From Candidatus Hadarchaeota archaeon (GTDB taxonomy: Archaea > CAYQAE01 > CAYVLA01), in the NCBI GenBank assembly GCA_964452145.1, contig CAYVLA010000094.1, positions 1-12,317 of the forward strand: a DNA stretch of 12,317 nucleotides, written 5' to 3'. How positions within the stretch are numbered: position 1 is the stretch's first letter; the number at the start of each line of letters is the position of its first letter. The translations under genes were made by a program, and so were the position numbers. Below, piece by piece: positions 8,480 to 12,317 of the stretch. Below the pieces are notes generated by a model. The model had not been told where the DNA came from. It ran no database searches and was given only the letters and a program-made list of their open reading frames with translations.

Positions 8480-9751
8480 ATGAATGCACGGCTGATCCAG
8501 ATCATTAGGATGCTTGCAGGAGGACCCAAGCACCCAGAGGAGATTGCCGACAGATTGGGTCTAAGCCCGATCACGGCTCGACGACACATCCAGAGGCTTC
8601 GGAAGAAGGGGTACTCGATCGAGCTTGATGCTTCCGGTCGATACTACGTTCTCGGGAAGGACGGGTCGGGCAGGAAGGGGATGGTAGGAATGGAGTATGG
8701 TAAGCGGATTGGACATCTCCAAGAGGAGATGGAAAAGGCTGCCTACAGGTACGTTCTGGAGGGAGCTGTCTCAGGTATGATGGGCAGTCGGACAAAAGGA
8801 GAAATGGTACGAAGGTTCACACCCTCTGATGTAGCCGAGTTCCTTGGGGTGGATGAGGAGGTGGCTGAGAGCGTTCTCGGCCACCTCGAGGAGGCCGGAT
8901 ATCTGAGACGCTTCAAATCCGGCACAGGCCCTGTGTACTGTCCGAGTGAGGAGTTCGGAATCTTCCAAGCCTTTAGACGAGGATTGGTTGATTATACCGA
9001 GGAGGATTTTGCCAAGCTGATATCCAAGCAGCGGTTCGTACTCCCAAAAGGGGTTGCCCTCCAAATGATAGCCTCAAGGGAGGAGGAACTCCCCGAGGGT
9101 GGAACCAGATTCGAGATATACAGCAACACTGGTTTGAACCTGATTCAGGACCTTACCGAAGGTTTCCTCGGGCTGGCTCTCGATGCACAGGGCAGTGATT
9201 TTCGAAGGTCTATGCCTGAGATCCCTGACGATGAAATGGTGGGGATAGAGCCTGAATCCGACATGCTTTCCAGATTCCTGACGGAGTTCCGCCCCTTGAA
9301 TCCATGGCCCTGGCTTTGGTTGATGGACCTTAGACAAGACATGCCGGAAGCAGAACTGAGAAGTGCTAGAACTTTGTTCTGGTCAAGAGCCATGCGTTTT
9401 CTGCTGATTCTTCTCAGACCCATCTACACCCCTCTCTGCGAGCTTGGAATCGATGGATGCACCAAGATGACCGAGGAGAGGATGGCAGAAGCCCCGGATC
9501 AGTCCAGATCCAAACCAGTTGGACGGGCTACTGATGCGCAGATCCTCAAGAAGAGCTTGGAGGTGATGGGCCCTGTCAGATTCTGGGAGCTGTCCAGAGC
9601 CCTTTGCCTCGAACTTCTCAGAAGCTGTCGGTCTGTATGCCGGACCTTGGGGATCTCTGATGAGGGAACGGCACAAGCAGCCTGCGTCATAGAGATGCTG
9701 GAGACCCAGCAAAAGACATCGCACCAGGAGCGACGTATGGACGCCCCCTAG
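8480..9751 (+). CDS. Protein with two N-terminal winged helix-turn-helix domains and an uncharacterised helical C-terminal region
   Basis: HTH_11/BirA-like PEEIADRLGLSPITARRHIQRLRKKGYSIE....GRYY; second wHTH FTPSDVAEFLGVDEEVAESVLGHLEEAGYLRRFKSGTGPVY. No biotin ligase domain recognisable. Confidence 0.8.
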   Translation: MNARLIQIIRMLAGGPKHPEEIADRLGLSPITARRHIQRLRKKGYSIELDASGRYYVLGKDGSGRKGMVGMEYGKRIGHLQEEMEKAAYRYVLEGAVSGMMGSRTKGEMVRRFTPSDVAEFLGVDEEVAESVLGHLEEAGYLRRFKSGTGPVYCPSEEFGIFQAFRRGLVDYTEEDFAKLISKQRFVLPKGVALQMIASREEELPEGGTRFEIYSNTGLNLIQDLTEGFLGLALDAQGSDFRRSMPEIPDDEMVGIEPESDMLSRFLTEFRPLNPWPWLWLMDLRQDMPEAELRSARTLFWSRAMRFLLILLRPIYTPLCELGIDGCTKMTEERMAEAPDQSRSKPVGRATDAQILKKSLEVMGPVRFWELSRALCLELLRSCRSVCRTLGISDEGTAQAACVIEMLETQQKTSHQERRMDAP

Positions 9752-9789
9752 CATGGGGTCTCATTGGACATCAGGGATCCGGTGAAGCG

Positions 9790-10131
9790 CTATTTCCTTG
9801 GCTTCTGACCGAGATCCATTCCGGTCTGAGCACTTCCGAGGCTGGCTTCGAGTCTCCTGAGGAAATCCTCCATGTCTTGGAGAAGATGTGTCGATACTCG
9901 TTTCCCGGGCTCTGTCGAGAGAGGCTTTGCCATGTTCCCTCTGACGATCTTCAAGGTCTGTGCAATGGTTTGTCCTTCATAGCCCCCTTTGGTGAAGGCC
10001 CGAGCCAGACCCACAACTCCCAGGGAATCAAGCCTGTTGGCATCCCAAAGTATTCTCTGCTCAACGGTCTTGGGCCCTCTTGAGCCATATTCGGCGATTG
10101 CCACGACTCCGTCACAGTCCTCACCCAGGAT
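9790..10131 (-). pseudogene. C-terminal fragment of an HD-domain phosphohydrolase
   Basis: PKTVEQRILWDANRLDSLGVVGLARAF matches the HD family P.T.E..IL.DAD.LDALGA.G.ARAF pattern, with D-to-N and a likely H-to-Y (AIAEY) change; the N-terminal H and HD motifs are absent and an in-frame TGA lies at 10132-10134. Confidence 0.75.
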
Positions 10132-10174
10132 TCAGCGTCTCTGAGATCAATTCCCAGTCCTGGTCCCCGGTCCC

Positions 10175-10190
10175 AGCAAACCTTTATATG
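10175..10190 (+). promoter_or_regulatory. Archaeal BRE-TATA promoter pointing at the 3' end of the DUF3800-like gene
   Basis: AGCAAA-CC-TTTATATG is the best consensus match noticed in the window; no credible + strand protein ORF follows. Confidence 0.6.
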
Positions 10191-10203
10191 AATAGAGAGC
10201 ATC

Positions 10204-10250
10204 GTAGTGAATGGCGTTGGTCCCTCACCGGGGGCTAACTCCGTCGTTAC
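10204..10250 (+). ncRNA. Putative structured small RNA convergent with the DUF3800-like gene
   Basis: GUAGUG-A-AUGG-C-GUUGGUCCCU [CACC] GGGGGCUAAC-U-CCGU-CGUUAC: 20 pairs including 6 G-U wobbles that would be A-C mismatches on the minus strand; it begins just downstream of the TATA box. Confidence 0.55.
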
Positions 10251-10260
10251 TGTTAATCTA

Positions 10261-11310
10261 TTAGATTTGGCTTGCATCTAGGATCTTTATTCCGTAGAGA
10301 TCTGCGAACAACTTTGCGGTTTCCTTTCCTTCATTGCCGACATAGATGAGCTGGTCTTCTGGTCTGAACAGCCTTTGATCTCCGTCGACATGCAGGAATT
10401 TGACTGCGCCTCCTATGTTCTGTGCATAGTCGACTATTCGCTGCATGGTTGTGTGTGTTTCAAGAATATCCTTGGTGCCCATTCCCTCCTCTCTGAGCAG
10501 AGCAGGGGTCCTGGGTCCTACCACGAAGAGTATCGGATGTTTGAGGTATCGGCGTGTGTCAGACATGCGCCTAGTAACAGGGGTGATCTTCGGAAGATAC
10601 CTTTGCCCGAGGTACGATGCCTTCACCTCAAAAGGCTCGTCCCCAAATGCCCGTTCGATCTCGCTTGGGTAGAGCTTGGCATTCAGAAGCCTCATCTTGC
10701 TGTCTAGATAAGAGACGACTGTATCTGCGAGACGAATGTACGGATTACACAGGTCGCCAGAACACCATACTTGTAGCCTTGCAGGGTCACGGGTGGCAAG
10801 ATCCTCCCAAGCCCAAGTGATCTTCGCTTCGAAATGGTCGAGCAAGAACATGGAGTGTTCCGCCTCTTCCGTGGGCATGTCCTGAGTGTCTTTCCATGCA
10901 CAGCAATGGGTGTAGGTCGGACTCAGCCTTTCCAAGAACTCCAGAGTAGGCCAACGTTCATTCGGGCCCAGATCGCGGCCGTAGACCTGCACCTCAGGTA
11001 TCCTATCTAGGTTCAGGTAGGTGTAATGGAAGTGGACTTCCTTGATGTGTTCGGAGACAGCATGAATCACGTCTCGCCCAAAAGAATGAGCGTCGCTTGG
11101 GCCTATGATTCTCTTGACATGCGCGGATTTCAGCGTTATGTCGTCGTGAGAGATGCCATATGTTCGGCGCGCGTCATCCCATGCTTGATTCATCTGGTCT
11201 CGGAACCTAGCATTCTCTTCCATTAACACGCTTGCGCCTATGCATGCATTGAACTTCCCAGTGAAACCCTCACGCATAAGGTCTTTTGCATCAATTGCGA
11301 CTATCTGCAA
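10261..11310 (-). CDS. DUF3800-like RNase H-fold protein (putative nuclease), 349 aa
   Basis: TTG 11310 with SD GGAGGAG. Motifs IVAIDAKD (strand-1 Asp), ITLKSAH, FLLDHF and SGDLCNPYIRLADTVV parallel DUF3800 (YIDESG ... E.K.S ... D ... S....LQLAD). Extra C-terminal domain of about 90 aa; ends TAA TAG. Coding status is confident; the family call is by eye. Confidence 0.6.
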   Translation of the reverse strand: MQIVAIDAKDLMREGFTGKFNACIGASVLMEENARFRDQMNQAWDDARRTYGISHDDITLKSAHVKRIIGPSDAHSFGRDVIHAVSEHIKEVHFHYTYLNLDRIPEVQVYGRDLGPNERWPTLEFLERLSPTYTHCCAWKDTQDMPTEEAEHSMFLLDHFEAKITWAWEDLATRDPARLQVWCSGDLCNPYIRLADTVVSYLDSKMRLLNAKLYPSEIERAFGDEPFEVKASYLGQRYLPKITPVTRRMSDTRRYLKHPILFVVGPRTPALLREEGMGTKDILETHTTMQRIVDYAQNIGGAVKFLHVDGDQRLFRPEDQLIYVGNEGKETAKLFADLYGIKILDASQI

Positions 11311-11626
11311 ATGACTCCTCCATTCGTTTTCCCTCCGACCAGTGAGCGATCCACACCCATATGTCTTTCTTCGAGCTTGGCAGGGATATGGCGGCGGATC
11401 AGTCGATCGCTCCACCAAGCCCGGAGGTGACGATCTGGCGTACACGACGACCATGCAGCCCTGTCGGACGGGACCTTATTCGCAGACCACAAGGCTCCCG
11501 GCAACGGCCCGTGGACACCAAGTGCCAGCGGCATCTCGCCGTTCTGGGAGGACGAATGTCGACCGGCACGCAGCAACGGAGGTGCCTGGCTCACCCTTCG
11601 CGTCCGCACCTCTGCTGGCGCTTGCT

Positions 11627-12238
11627 TCATTCCCGGCCTTCCTTTCCACGATGGGATGAGACGTAATCCCAGCCATATAGGATGACCGAGGAATCCGGTA
11701 ACCTCGCCGAACGGAACCGATCCGACGGCACGAAGACAAGACCCGCGTCGAAGACCTCCCGCATCCGGCCGGCCTCCGTCTCGATGCTCTCCTTGTCGAC
11801 CATGGCTGTGGCGACGATCCAAACCGGCAGTCGTGCAGTTCCACTGCCTGCGGTTCCCCGACAGCTGGAGGGATCCCACAGGACCGCCTTCACCGTATCC
11901 TCCATGCGAAGCTCCAGCACTATCCTTCTGACGAATGTCGTGAGGGCCTCCTCGACCTGCCTTCTTTTCACCCTCTCCTGAAGGACGTTCAGAACGGGCA
12001 GAAGGGAGTCAATCGTCCTATCGCTTGGGAAGTACACATACTGCCCCCTGTTCTCCTTGACCCATCTTCTGCTAAGCGAACCCTTCTGGTGAAGACGCGA
12101 AAGCAGGGTGCTTGCCTGTGCCAGAAGCCTACGATACTCTCCCGCAGACCCAATGCTTTCGGCCAGGGCCTTGACAACCTCGCTGCTTGTGATCTCCCCT
12201 CTCTCCAATGCCAGCTCAAGGATCCTCTGGGTCTTCAT
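11627..12238 (-). CDS. Winged-helix DNA-binding protein fused to a degenerate minimal nucleotidyltransferase (MNT)-like domain
   Basis: N-terminus ILELALERGEITSSEVVKAL...QASTLLSRLHQKGSLSRRWVKENRGQYVYFP (BlaI/MarR-like wHTH). C-terminus DTVKAVLWDPSSCRGTAGSGTARLPVWIV...SSVILYG resembles MNT V.AV.LFGS.ARG.A...SDIDLLVV...GIVLYG but lacks the G-S and DxD residues. Confidence 0.65.
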   Translation of the reverse strand: MKTQRILELALERGEITSSEVVKALAESIGSAGEYRRLLAQASTLLSRLHQKGSLSRRWVKENRGQYVYFPSDRTIDSLLPVLNVLQERVKRRQVEEALTTFVRRIVLELRMEDTVKAVLWDPSSCRGTAGSGTARLPVWIVATAMVDKESIETEAGRMREVFDAGLVFVPSDRFRSARLPDSSVILYGWDYVSSHRGKEGRE

Positions 12239-12317
12239 AGGTCTGTTATACAAATCGGCGGAGCTACGCCCAAGCCGGTCATGGCCGCGTCGGCCCGAGA
12301 ACCTGGAGTCCAGAGCC

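Noticed and set aside
8480..8660. birA (biotin operon repressor/ligase)
   Set aside because: Only the HTH resembles BirA; no GRGR biotin ligase motif follows.
11311..11454. N-terminal extension of the 397-aa ORF
   Set aside because: Composition is not protein-like; TTG 11310 has a strong SD and begins at the predicted first catalytic strand.
11301..11628. ORF coupled by ATGA overlap to the wHTH-MNT gene (possible HEPN partner)
   Set aside because: Pro/Arg/Ser-rich translation without helical HEPN character or a convincing Rx4-6H context.

Overview
Probably an archaeal accessory region, judged from BRE/TATA-like promoters, GGAGGTGA/GGTGA Shine-Dalgarno sites and TTG starts; the taxon cannot be fixed from sequence alone. 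In order it holds: a 5'-open zinc-ribbon membrane protein; a 7-blade beta-propeller fused to an ICMT/PEMT-type membrane methyltransferase; a tandem GNAT acetyltransferase; two small ORFs; a Trm112-like/class I SAM methyltransferase fusion; a ~200-bp element with paired ends; a frameshifted PD-(D/E)xK-type endonuclease; a double winged-helix protein; a decayed HD-domain gene fragment; a DUF3800-like (RNase H fold) gene; and a wHTH protein with a degenerate minimal-nucleotidyltransferase domain. The best candidate for a new system is at the right end. The DUF3800-like gene is met at its stop codon by a convergent BRE-TATA promoter and a G-U-rich hairpin that folds well only on the + strand, suggesting a protein plus ncRNA module (toxin-antitoxin or defence-like). 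All family calls come from reading motifs by eye, not from database searches.
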